A stretch of 64,000 bases of DNA from an uncultured Acidobacteriota bacterium. Lineage in GTDB: Bacteria > Acidobacteriota > Terriglobia > Acidiferrales > UBA7541. The stretch lies in NCBI GenBank assembly GCA_963772535.1, contig CAVYXN010000005.1, positions 161,408 through 225,407 of the forward strand. Direction: 5' to 3'. Shown piece by piece: positions 26,167 through 34,720 of the stretch. The translations under genes were made by a program, and so were the position numbers. How positions within the stretch are numbered: the stretch's first letter is position 1; each line of letters opens with the position of its first letter. Under the pieces are notes generated by a model. It worked only from the letters and a program-made list of their open reading frames with translations, made no database searches and was not told the origin of the DNA.

Positions 26167-27836
26167 TCAGCTTGGGCATAAATTATTCGGAAATGCACGA
26201 TTCCGCGGCCTGCATCGCCCGCGATGGCCACATTCTTTTCGCCGTAGCCGAAGAGCGCTTGAGCCGCTTGAAACATGACGCGCGATTCCCGTCGCTCTCG
26301 ATCGAAGCCTGCCTGGCCGCGGGCGGCCTTCGCGCCGATCAGCTCGATTTTGTCTGTTTCGGTTGGCCTCCCGCCATCGAAGCTATGAAGCATGATTTGA
26401 AATGCATGGCCACCGGCGCGCTTCCGTTCAACTATGTGGATCTCGTAAGCACCGTGCGGCGAAATCTCAACCACACCCGTAAACAAAACGGCAGAAAGCA
26501 ATTTCTCGCGCGCTTCCCCACGAAAGCGCAATTCAGATTTGTCGAGCATCACCTCGCGCATGCAATCAGCGCGTATTCGTTTTCAGGATTCGACGATGCC
26601 GCTGTACTCGTCCTGGATGGACGCGGCGCGTGGGAAGCATCCTCCCTCTGGCATGGGCACGACGGCCGCCTCGAACACGTGTGGACGATCCCGTGGCCCA
26701 ATTCGCTCGGCCTTTTTTACGCGCAGTTCACCCAATACCTGGGTTTTCAGCCATACAGCGACGAGTGGAAAGTGATGGGACTCGCTCCGTACGGTGAGCC
26801 CGGTATCAATCTGCGCGAGTTCATTATCCCCGACGATAATCCTTACAAGGTTTCTACTCGCCTCTTGCTCGACGACAAGCCAGCTCCGCTCGCCGGCATT
26901 ACCGCCCGCCTTGGGCCTCAGCGCGAGGCAGAATCGGAGATCGACCCGAAGCACAAGAATGTCGCATTCGCCGTGCAGGATGCCTGCGAGGAAGCAATGA
27001 TGACGCTCGCCCGCGCGGCAGTCGCAAAGACCGGCTCGCGAAACATTTGCTTGGCCGGAGGAGTGGCGCTGAATTCGAAGGCGAACGGCAAGATTCTGTC
27101 CTCCGGAATCGTCGACCGAATTTTTGTGCAGCCCGCTGCAGGCGACGACGGGGTATGCCTGGGCGCCGCACTCGCTCCATACCTCGACAACAGCGGCAAG
27201 CTGCCCATGCACAAGATGCGCCATGCGTACCTCGGCGCGGAAAACTCCGACGAAGAAATCGAAAAGGCTCTCACCACTTACAAACTTCGTGCCACGCGCG
27301 TCGCCGATCCCGCCGCCGCAGCAGCGGAGATGCTGGCCAACGGGAAAATCCTCGGCTGGGTCCAGGGACGGATGGAATTCGGCCCCCGAGCGCTCGGCGC
27401 CCGCTCCATCCTCGCAGATCCGCGCGATCCGGAAATGAACGCGAAAGTGAACAACGCGGTGAAGTTTCGCGAATGGTGGCGCCCTTTCGCGCCCTCCATG
27501 CTCGCGGAAGTAGCCGGCGAGTACATCGAATCAGCCACCGATTCGCCGTTTATGATTCTCACCGCGCAGGTGAAACCGGAAAAACGCGGCGTGATCCCCT
27601 CAGTCACCCACGTGGACGGAAGCGCGCGGCCGCAAACCGTCGAGCAAGACGTGAATCCGCTTTACTGGCGCTTGATTCGCGAGTTCGGCAACCGCACAGG
27701 CGTTCCGGTCGTGATGAACACATCGTTTAATCTGCGCGGTGAACCGATCGTTTCGACGCCCACCGATGCGGTCCGCACATTTTTTAGCTCTGGCATGGAT
27801 GGGTTGGTGATTGGGAGTTTTGTCGTCGAAAAATAG
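26163..27836 (+). CDS. carbamoyltransferase, NodU/CmcH/TobZ family (paralogue 3)
   Basis: TTG start overlaps the upstream stop (TTGA). ISLGINYSEMHDSAA, VEHHLAHAISAY, VQPAAGDDGVCLGAA, GPRALGARSILADPR, THVDGSARPQTV, NTSFN. Confidence 0.9.
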   Translation: MISLGINYSEMHDSAACIARDGHILFAVAEERLSRLKHDARFPSLSIEACLAAGGLRADQLDFVCFGWPPAIEAMKHDLKCMATGALPFNYVDLVSTVRRNLNHTRKQNGRKQFLARFPTKAQFRFVEHHLAHAISAYSFSGFDDAAVLVLDGRGAWEASSLWHGHDGRLEHVWTIPWPNSLGLFYAQFTQYLGFQPYSDEWKVMGLAPYGEPGINLREFIIPDDNPYKVSTRLLLDDKPAPLAGITARLGPQREAESEIDPKHKNVAFAVQDACEEAMMTLARAAVAKTGSRNICLAGGVALNSKANGKILSSGIVDRIFVQPAAGDDGVCLGAALAPYLDNSGKLPMHKMRHAYLGAENSDEEIEKALTTYKLRATRVADPAAAAAEMLANGKILGWVQGRMEFGPRALGARSILADPRDPEMNAKVNNAVKFREWWRPFAPSMLAEVAGEYIESATDSPFMILTAQVKPEKRGVIPSVTHVDGSARPQTVEQDVNPLYWRLIREFGNRTGVPVVMNTSFNLRGEPIVSTPTDAVRTFFSSGMDGLVIGSFVVEK

Positions 27837-27863
27837 TACCGCCCGCAAATGTGAGGTTGTTTC

Positions 27864-28706
27864 TTGAAATGCCTTATATGCAATGCTGATGACTCAGAAT
27901 TCGTAACCGCCTGGGAACAGTGGCGGTTCGAAAGATGCCGGAATTGCTCTGTTCTCTTTACCGCTCCTCTTGCAGAGGAAGAGGTGGTGGAGCGCTACAC
28001 GAGCGGTTCGATCCTGGAAAGTCCGGGAGAGCCGGCTCCAACAAGTGAGTTGATTTTTCCGGCTTGGAAGCACCGCGAGCATGCCCGCATCGTGAACCGT
28101 CTCGCAGCCTTGGGAACTCGTCAAGGCCGATTGCTCGATGTCGGATGTCTATGGGGTTCCTTCCTCGGCCATGCGCATGAGAGCGGGTTCGATGTTACGG
28201 GTATCGAGCCCTTCGGAAAAGCGGCTGCCTATGTAAAAGAAGTTCTAAAGCTCAATGCTTCTCAAGGCACGCTGCGCTCCGCAGCTCTTCCCTGCAAACA
28301 GCTTCGACGTGATTACCATCTTGGACGTATCGAGCATATGACTGACCCGGTCACCGAACTCAAAGAAGTCTATCGAGTCATGAAACCGGGCGGATTGCTG
28401 ATCGTCAGCACTCCCGATGTAGGCTCGCTCATAACCCGCCTGCTTGGGCGTCAATGGTTTCCCTTTGACAATCCTCCGTGGCACCTCTGGGGATTCAACA
28501 GGAGGAGCATCAAAACCTGTGTCGAAAATGCGGGCTTTGCCGTCGAGTACGTGGATCCTCTCGATTCCAGTTTGAGGACCACAAACCTCGACGCTGGAAG
28601 CACCCCATGGAAGAGAACGGCGTTCCGCGGCATTGGGACCATATCTCACATACTCGGTATCAGTGACCGGATGGCGGTCTTCGCACGGAAGCGCGCGCAG
28701 ACATGA
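27864..28706 (+). CDS. class I SAM-dependent methyltransferase with N-terminal zinc ribbon; ~15 codons appear to be read out of the ancestral frame
   Basis: CLICN...CRNCSVLF, LLDVGCLWGSF (motif I), IEHMTDPVTELKEVYRVMKPGGLLIVSTPD. The expected motif LFPANSFDVITILDV is encoded at 28285-28329 in the +1 frame (see findings). Confidence 0.75.
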   Translation: MKCLICNADDSEFVTAWEQWRFERCRNCSVLFTAPLAEEEVVERYTSGSILESPGEPAPTSELIFPAWKHREHARIVNRLAALGTRQGRLLDVGCLWGSFLGHAHESGFDVTGIEPFGKAAAYVKEVLKLNASQGTLRSAALPCKQLRRDYHLGRIEHMTDPVTELKEVYRVMKPGGLLIVSTPDVGSLITRLLGRQWFPFDNPPWHLWGFNRRSIKTCVENAGFAVEYVDPLDSSLRTTNLDAGSTPWKRTAFRGIGTISHILGISDRMAVFARKRAQT

Positions 28707-28772
28707 CCGCACATTAAATGATGTCATCGTGGCCCAACACCACGTTTTCGATTCCGCCCAGCCGCAAGCCCG

Positions 28773-30821
28773 CTAAGGTTTGAAGCCCACGCTGCGCCAC
28801 AGCTCCGCGCAGTTGTACATCACTCCGTTAGTTACCACGAACTCCGCTGTGCGGATATTGCGAATCGATTCCAGCGGATTCCCGCTGAGGATCACCGCGT
28901 CTGCCCGCTTTCCCGCTTCAATCGTGCCCACTTCCTTGTCCACGCCCATAGCCCGCGCCGGAACAATCGTCGCCGATTGAATCGCTTCCATCGGCGTGAA
29001 TCCCGCCTGCACGTACAGCTCAATTTCCCGGTGCAGGCTGTGCCCCGGAACTGCCTGGTCAGTTCCGGCCACAATCGGAACCCCCGCACGATGGAGCACG
29101 CCCACCACTTCAATGCCTTTCTGCGTAGCCTTCTGGATCAGGCCGGTCACCGGCGTAGGCGGTGCATCGAACGAAAGCACTTCCGCAAGTTCGGGAGCAA
29201 TTTTTGCGATGCCCGGTTCGAAAGTCGCCACCGGCCTCTCCGAGCTCGCCCCATAAAGCTCGAATAGCGCGAGCGTAGGATCAATCACCGTTCCATGTTC
29301 CACGAGGAACGAAACAGCTTTCTTGGCTTCAGGAGAATTAACGTCGAAATCTCCTTGGGCTTTTAAACGATCCAATCGTGTCGCACTCGCCGGAAGCGAA
29401 GGCCGCATGATGTCCGCCACGTATTCGATATGATTGATCTGGTCCATACCCGCTTCAACGCCTTGATAGGCCGTCAGCCCTTCCGGAATGTGGCCAGTCA
29501 CTGTCATGCCCAGGCGATGCGCTTCGGCTGCAACAATTTTCAATTCTTCTAGCTGCACCGAACTATAAATTTTCATCTGCTGAAAACCGGCATCGTGATA
29601 GCGATCCGTCCACATTTTCGCTTGCTCGGGCGTATCCACCCGCTCCACTCCCAGCGCGAGCGGCCCGGTTCCGTCCACAACCCCCGCGAGCAGCAGTCGA
29701 GGGCCAAGCCCGCGTCCATTGGCAACCGCATCACGCACGGCGGTGATAAATTCAAATTCATTGCCGCAATCGCGAACGGTGGTCACGCCAGCAGCCAGAT
29801 AAATCGGTCCCCATTCCACCTGTTCGAAATGTGCGTGCATGTCCCAGAGCCCGGGAAGAATCGTCTTGCCGCGTGCGTCAATTTTCGTCGCAGCGTGCGG
29901 GATTTTCACCAGTGAGCGCGGTCCCGCCGCAACGATGCGCCCCTTCTCAATAAGCACCACCGAATCCGCCACGGGCGCGCTGCCGCTTCCGTCAATCAGG
30001 GTGCCGCCCACAATTGCGAGTGTCTCTGCCCGGCTGCCGGAAATATTCTTCGAAATGTCGGCAAGGGCGGCCATGCCGTCCGTTCCAGCGATCCCCACAA
30101 ATTTCCCCAGCGCAGTCTCGTAACCTTCCCGAATGGCTTCGAAGTGGTCGAATTCCGCATCGATCGTTACGGCGGCGGCGAGATTCCGCTTCGCATCAAA
30201 CCACAGCGTTTCGCGGCCCCAGATGAGCCCCTCGACGGTGTAGCGGTCCAGCGTCTCGTCCTTGCCGCCGATTGTCACGGTGTCGTGGCCGCGCGGTTGG
30301 ATTTTCACGCGGCCCGCGGGAAACGTCTCGAGCTCAGCGGGCGAACCGTGCGAAGTCCAATAGCGCACCATCAGCATCTGCATCGTGGCTGGCGCGTAGC
30401 CGGCGATTGCGAAAAACTGTTTGGGACGCGCTTCCTCCGTCCATTTCTCGCGGTTGCGCACCCGGATTTTGTCGCCCTGAATTTCCACGGCTTCGTCAAT
30501 TTGCGTGGGCCGCGCTGACTTGCCTTTGATTTCAAACGCTTGCGGGGTGAACTCGTCCGAACTTCGAAAAGTGGCAGTAAGCGGAACCGCCGTTCCGCGG
30601 TCCACAAAGTTGAAGCTGACTTTCGTCACCAGGGATTGGCCTTCGCGCGTGGTATCAAAGGTTTCTTCGCCGATCGGCTGCTCAAATTTGTACAGGACGA
30701 ATTTTCCGTGCTCAATTACTTCCGGCGATGACGAGGGCGTCGGCGACTGAGCCCTTGCAGCAAAAGCCGAAAAGAAAGCGAATGCAAAGCCGAGCGCAAA
30801 AGCGATCCGCCACCGAATCAT
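28773..30821 (-). CDS. secreted amidohydrolase-family metallohydrolase with N-terminal accessory domain
   Basis: Signal peptide MIRWRIAFALGFAFAFFSAFAARAQ. LPGLWDMHAHF, GMTVTGHIPEG, VAGTDQAVPG, EAGKRADAVIL are typical of imidazolonepropionase/prolidase-like amidohydrolases. Confidence 0.8.
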   Translation of the reverse strand: MIRWRIAFALGFAFAFFSAFAARAQSPTPSSSPEVIEHGKFVLYKFEQPIGEETFDTTREGQSLVTKVSFNFVDRGTAVPLTATFRSSDEFTPQAFEIKGKSARPTQIDEAVEIQGDKIRVRNREKWTEEARPKQFFAIAGYAPATMQMLMVRYWTSHGSPAELETFPAGRVKIQPRGHDTVTIGGKDETLDRYTVEGLIWGRETLWFDAKRNLAAAVTIDAEFDHFEAIREGYETALGKFVGIAGTDGMAALADISKNISGSRAETLAIVGGTLIDGSGSAPVADSVVLIEKGRIVAAGPRSLVKIPHAATKIDARGKTILPGLWDMHAHFEQVEWGPIYLAAGVTTVRDCGNEFEFITAVRDAVANGRGLGPRLLLAGVVDGTGPLALGVERVDTPEQAKMWTDRYHDAGFQQMKIYSSVQLEELKIVAAEAHRLGMTVTGHIPEGLTAYQGVEAGMDQINHIEYVADIMRPSLPASATRLDRLKAQGDFDVNSPEAKKAVSFLVEHGTVIDPTLALFELYGASSERPVATFEPGIAKIAPELAEVLSFDAPPTPVTGLIQKATQKGIEVVGVLHRAGVPIVAGTDQAVPGHSLHREIELYVQAGFTPMEAIQSATIVPARAMGVDKEVGTIEAGKRADAVILSGNPLESIRNIRTAEFVVTNGVMYNCAELWRSVGFKP

Positions 30822-30983
30822 TTCCCCTCCTCACGCTGACAGCGGAGAATACGCGTCAATTGACTTCATCACAAGCCGGTCTCTTCTCCGGTTGATATTC
30901 CGCTCCGCGTGGCTCAACATGTCCGGCGCGCAAAGTCTACGCCGTGTCCAAGAGAAACGAACCCAGGGCGGATTGGAGCGAGT

Positions 30984-33092
30984 GTGAGTTCGAAGACGGT
31001 TCAAGCGATAGCAATGCTGGCGGCAGTCACCGCGGTAAGTTTTTGCTCGAGTGCGCAAACGCAAACGGTGCGCTCTGCGCCGCCAAAGCCGGCGCAGGAT
31101 GCTGCAGTCGAGGCCATGTTCGGCGTGCGCGATTTTCAACAAGCCGAAATTTCGCCGGATGGCAAGCGCGTGGCCTGGGTCGAATCGCTCCCCGGAGCGG
31201 GAGGCGCGCCGTCATCCAATTCCGCGATCTATGTCGCCGATCTCTCAGCGCCCGCGACGAAAAAGAGAATTACGGCCGGCGATGGCAAAGCTCCCCACGA
31301 AGAGCACGATATCGCGTGGTCAGCCGACAGCAAGCAGCTCGCCTTCCTCTCCGATGCGCCAAAAACCGGGCAGCTGCAACTCTCCATTATTCCCGTGTCA
31401 GGCCCTGAGGTGGCGAAACGTCCGGCGACGCACAAGGCTGCCGCGAAACAGGAAGCCAGCCCCGCCAGGCAGCTCACGCACGTAAAAGGATTTCTCGCCG
31501 GCCCCGGCTGGTCACCGGATTCGAAAACGATCGCTCTCCTGTTCACGGAAAATGCCACCCGCGCCGCCGGTCCGCTCGTCGCCGAAACGCCCGATGAAGG
31601 CGTCGTTTCCGAGGATTTTCTCGAGCAGCGCCTCACACTCGTGGATGTCGCTACCGCAAGCCTTCGCCAACTTTCTCCAGCCGACACCTACGTCTACGAA
31701 TTCGATTGGTCGCCCGACGGCAAGCAACTCGCAATCACATCGGCAAAAGGCAATGGCGACGACAACTGGTACATCGCTTCCCTGTCCGCAATCGACGCAA
31801 CGTCCGGCGAAATGCATGATGTGCAGCCGAAACCCGGCATGCAGATTGCCAATCCGCGCTGGTCGCCCGACGGCAAAACGATCATTTTTATCGGCGGCTT
31901 GATGAGCGACGAGCCGATTCCCGGCGGCGACGTCTACGCCACCGATGCGACGCCCGGCCCGATGAAAAACCCGGTGAAAAACTCGATGAAAAATCTCACG
32001 CCCGATTCGAAATCCACTGCCACCTCGCTCACATGGCTGCCCAATTCGGAGGGAATTCTCGTCACGGGAATCGATGCCGGCGAAACATTTGTCGCCCGCC
32101 TCACTCTCGCCGGCGCAATGACTCCCGTTTGGAAGGGCCCGGAAACTCTCGCCCACGGAGAATTCGTCCCGTACGTGTCAGCTGCGAGCGATGGCAAGAC
32201 GACCGTGGTGGTGCGAGAGACCTTCGCCAGCGCGCCCGAGGTGTGGGCCGGCGCAGTGGGAGACTGGAAACAGATCACGCACGAGAATGCCAACATCAAG
32301 CCCGAATGGGGCGAAGCCAAAAGCCTCCGCTGGACCACGGGTATCGGCTCCGTGCAAGGATGGCTCATCTATCCCAAGGATTTCGATCCCGCAAAGAAAT
32401 ATCCGCTCGTCGTCTACGTTCATGGTGGCCCTGCGTGGGCGTACACGCCTAAGTTTCCCAGCCGTTGGAACTATCCCTTCGCCTTGCCCGAGCACGGCTT
32501 CTTTGTATTCGAACCCAATCCGCGCGGCAGCTACGGAATGGGCGAGAAATTCACGCAGGCGAACGTGAAGGATTTCGGCTACGGCGATTTTCTCGACATC
32601 ATGGCCGGAGTTGACAAAACAATCGAGCAGGCTCCCATTGATTCCGCGCGGCTGGGGATCACCGGCTGGAGCTATGGCGGATTCATGACCATGTGGGCCG
32701 TGACCCAGACCAACCGGTTCGGCGCCGCCGTAGCCGGAGCAGGCCTTTCAAACTATCTGAGTTACTACGGCGAAAACAAAATCGATCAATGGATGATTCC
32801 CTATTTCGGCGCCACCGCTTACGACGACCCGGTTGTCTATGCCAAAAGTTCGCCCATCAATTTCATCAAGAAAGCGAAGACGCCCACGCTCGTTGTTGTG
32901 GGTGATCGCGACGGCGAATGCCCGCCCCCGCAATCCTACGAATTCTGGCACGCGCTGAAAACGCTGCGAGTGCCTACCGAATTCGTCATCTATCCCAACG
33001 AAGGTCACCTGTTTGCGAATCCCGAGCACAGCCGGGACGTAATCGACCGCACCGCCGCATGGTTCGGCCAATACCTCGGAGCCCCGAAGTAG
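30984..33092 (+). CDS. S9 family serine peptidase (prolyl oligopeptidase / acylaminoacyl peptidase-like), secreted
   Basis: Beta-propeller-like N-terminal half (repeated WSPDGK). Catalytic GWSYGGFMTMW, later GDRDGECP and NEGHLF (Ser-Asp-His). ORF is open from 30909. GTG 30984 has GGAG upstream and yields a signal peptide, so the start is uncertain. Confidence 0.85.
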   Translation: MSSKTVQAIAMLAAVTAVSFCSSAQTQTVRSAPPKPAQDAAVEAMFGVRDFQQAEISPDGKRVAWVESLPGAGGAPSSNSAIYVADLSAPATKKRITAGDGKAPHEEHDIAWSADSKQLAFLSDAPKTGQLQLSIIPVSGPEVAKRPATHKAAAKQEASPARQLTHVKGFLAGPGWSPDSKTIALLFTENATRAAGPLVAETPDEGVVSEDFLEQRLTLVDVATASLRQLSPADTYVYEFDWSPDGKQLAITSAKGNGDDNWYIASLSAIDATSGEMHDVQPKPGMQIANPRWSPDGKTIIFIGGLMSDEPIPGGDVYATDATPGPMKNPVKNSMKNLTPDSKSTATSLTWLPNSEGILVTGIDAGETFVARLTLAGAMTPVWKGPETLAHGEFVPYVSAASDGKTTVVVRETFASAPEVWAGAVGDWKQITHENANIKPEWGEAKSLRWTTGIGSVQGWLIYPKDFDPAKKYPLVVYVHGGPAWAYTPKFPSRWNYPFALPEHGFFVFEPNPRGSYGMGEKFTQANVKDFGYGDFLDIMAGVDKTIEQAPIDSARLGITGWSYGGFMTMWAVTQTNRFGAAVAGAGLSNYLSYYGENKIDQWMIPYFGATAYDDPVVYAKSSPINFIKKAKTPTLVVVGDRDGECPPPQSYEFWHALKTLRVPTEFVIYPNEGHLFANPEHSRDVIDRTAAWFGQYLGAPK

Positions 33093-33332
33093 CACAGGTT
33101 CCACTCTATAGCGCGCCACCTGTCGAACTAAATGCCACTTTTGTGTCTTCCGCCCTGAAGAGTTCGGTTACAGGGCCGATTCTCAAGGTGGGAAGCTTTC
33201 GCCTGTCATTCCGTACAGGAAATCGGACTAGCACGAAATCTGTCCGCACGTTCTATATCCTCCGGCTCGGCGCGGCGCTAGGCTTTCCGTAACGTCCTCG
33301 TAGATGTGCCCGGCGAGGAAAGGAAGGAGCCT

Positions 33333-33818
33333 ATGTCCCATTGGATTGGAACCACATCGCCCACTGATGCAGGAATGACCGACTTTAAGGAATGCCTGAA
33401 GTACCTTCGCGACGGACAAGCAGAACAGGCCTTACAGCATGCCCGGCGCGCCCTGGGAGTTGCTCCTAAGAACCCGTTCTATCTCTCTTATACAGGCTTG
33501 CTGGCTGCCGTCTCCGAGAAGCGCTTTGGCGACGCTGAGTCGCTCTGCCGCGAAGCCCTGGGAATGAGAGTGAACCACGCCCAGCTCTACCTGAACCTGG
33601 CAGAAGTCTACCACCAGGCGGGACGCACCTCGGAAGCGATCGACACCCTTGAAAAGGGCATGGTCTCGGCGGGACGCGATTTCCGCATCCGCCGGGCCCT
33701 CGAACGAATCGGAGTGCGCCGTCCGCCGGTGCTGACGTTCCTTCACCGCAGCCATCCGGTGAACCGCGCGCTCGGAAAATGGCGGCATCAGCTCTCAGGG
33801 CCTTACAAAGCGGCCTGA
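33333..33818 (+). CDS. TPR-repeat protein
   Basis: ATG 33333 preceded by GGAAGGAG. Repeated A/L-rich helical pairs (AEQALQHARRALGVAPKNPFY..., LYLNLAEVYHQAGRTSEAIDTLEKG). Confidence 0.65.
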   Translation: MSHWIGTTSPTDAGMTDFKECLKYLRDGQAEQALQHARRALGVAPKNPFYLSYTGLLAAVSEKRFGDAESLCREALGMRVNHAQLYLNLAEVYHQAGRTSEAIDTLEKGMVSAGRDFRIRRALERIGVRRPPVLTFLHRSHPVNRALGKWRHQLSGPYKAA

Positions 33819-33862
33819 CTCACAGCATCTTCGAATTAGCTTCGCCTTCTTGAAAGCTGACT

Positions 33863-33900
33863 GGAACGGGTGATCTGGCGGGGTTGCCCGTTCCGGAACG
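33863..33900. terminator. hairpin between convergent TPR and deoxynucleoside kinase genes
   Basis: GGAACGGG (33863-33870) pairs with CCCGTTCC (33887-33894). Overlaps a 12-nt palindrome CGTTCCGGAACG (33889-33900). No clear U-tract. Confidence 0.3.
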
Positions 33901-33944
33901 CTTCCGTCCCAACGAGCGTCATCCCTCAACACAAAAAGAACGCT

Positions 33945-34595
33945 TCAGCTTTGACCCAACGGCAGGAAATACTGCGTGCCCTTCACCGGCTGCCGCAGGC
34001 GGCGCAGCAGCTCCTGCAAATCATGATTGCGCTCGACGAAGTCGATGTCCGAGGTGTCGACGACCAGCAGGTTTGAGGCGGAGTAACGGAAGAAGAAGTG
34101 CTCGTAAGCGTTCGAAACGGCTTCAAGATAATCGGGAGAGATCTCGGTTTCCGACGGATCGCCTTTCTTGGTGACGCGCTTCTGCAACACGTTGGGCTTG
34201 GCTTGGAGATAGATCACCAGGTCAGGCGCGGGAACCGACGGAGCGAGCATGTCGAAATATCGCTCGTAAAGCTTCAGCTCTTCGTTGTCGAGATTGATGT
34301 ACGCGAAGATTTTGTCCTTCTCGAAAAGGAAATCGGAGACCACCGGAACGGCGCTGTCCTCGAGGTGGGCTTCGAGAAGCCGCCGGTGGCGCTCGTAGAG
34401 GAAATACATCTGCGCGCGGAAGGCGGCGCCGGGCTTTTCATTGTAAAACTCGGCAAGAAAAGGATTCTCTTCGCAGTCGAAGATGCGCCGCGCGTGCATC
34501 TGTTCGGCGAGGACACGTGCGAGTGTGGATTTGCCGACGCGAATCGGCCCTTCAATCACGATGTACCGCGGGGACTTAAATTTGGGGCCGGTCAC
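33945..34595 (-). CDS. deoxynucleoside kinase
   Basis: YIVIEGPIRVGKST P-loop, NPFLAEFY, FLYERH and SDFLFEKDKIF motifs of the dNK family. Confidence 0.85.
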   Translation of the reverse strand: MTGPKFKSPRYIVIEGPIRVGKSTLARVLAEQMHARRIFDCEENPFLAEFYNEKPGAAFRAQMYFLYERHRRLLEAHLEDSAVPVVSDFLFEKDKIFAYINLDNEELKLYERYFDMLAPSVPAPDLVIYLQAKPNVLQKRVTKKGDPSETEISPDYLEAVSNAYEHFFFRYSASNLLVVDTSDIDFVERNHDLQELLRRLRQPVKGTQYFLPLGQS

Positions 34596-34720
34596 GGCGC
34601 GCGATTATAGCAAAGTCATGCGAAACGCCAGAGGCACAGCGGCCAAAACGTTCGTCAACAAAGTACTACCGGGGAAAATCGCATTTCAGCTCAAATCCAG
34701 TTTTCATAGTTGCGGCTGGA

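Noticed and set aside
22868-28706. Nod-factor-like reading of module 2 (GT2 = NodC, methyltransferase = NodS, carbamoyltransferase = NodU).
   Set aside because: The GT2 has the soluble EPS/O-antigen-type N-terminus and not a NodC/chitin-synthase-like membrane architecture. No deacetylase (NodB) or acyltransferase (NodA) is present, so a decorated polysaccharide is the simpler explanation.
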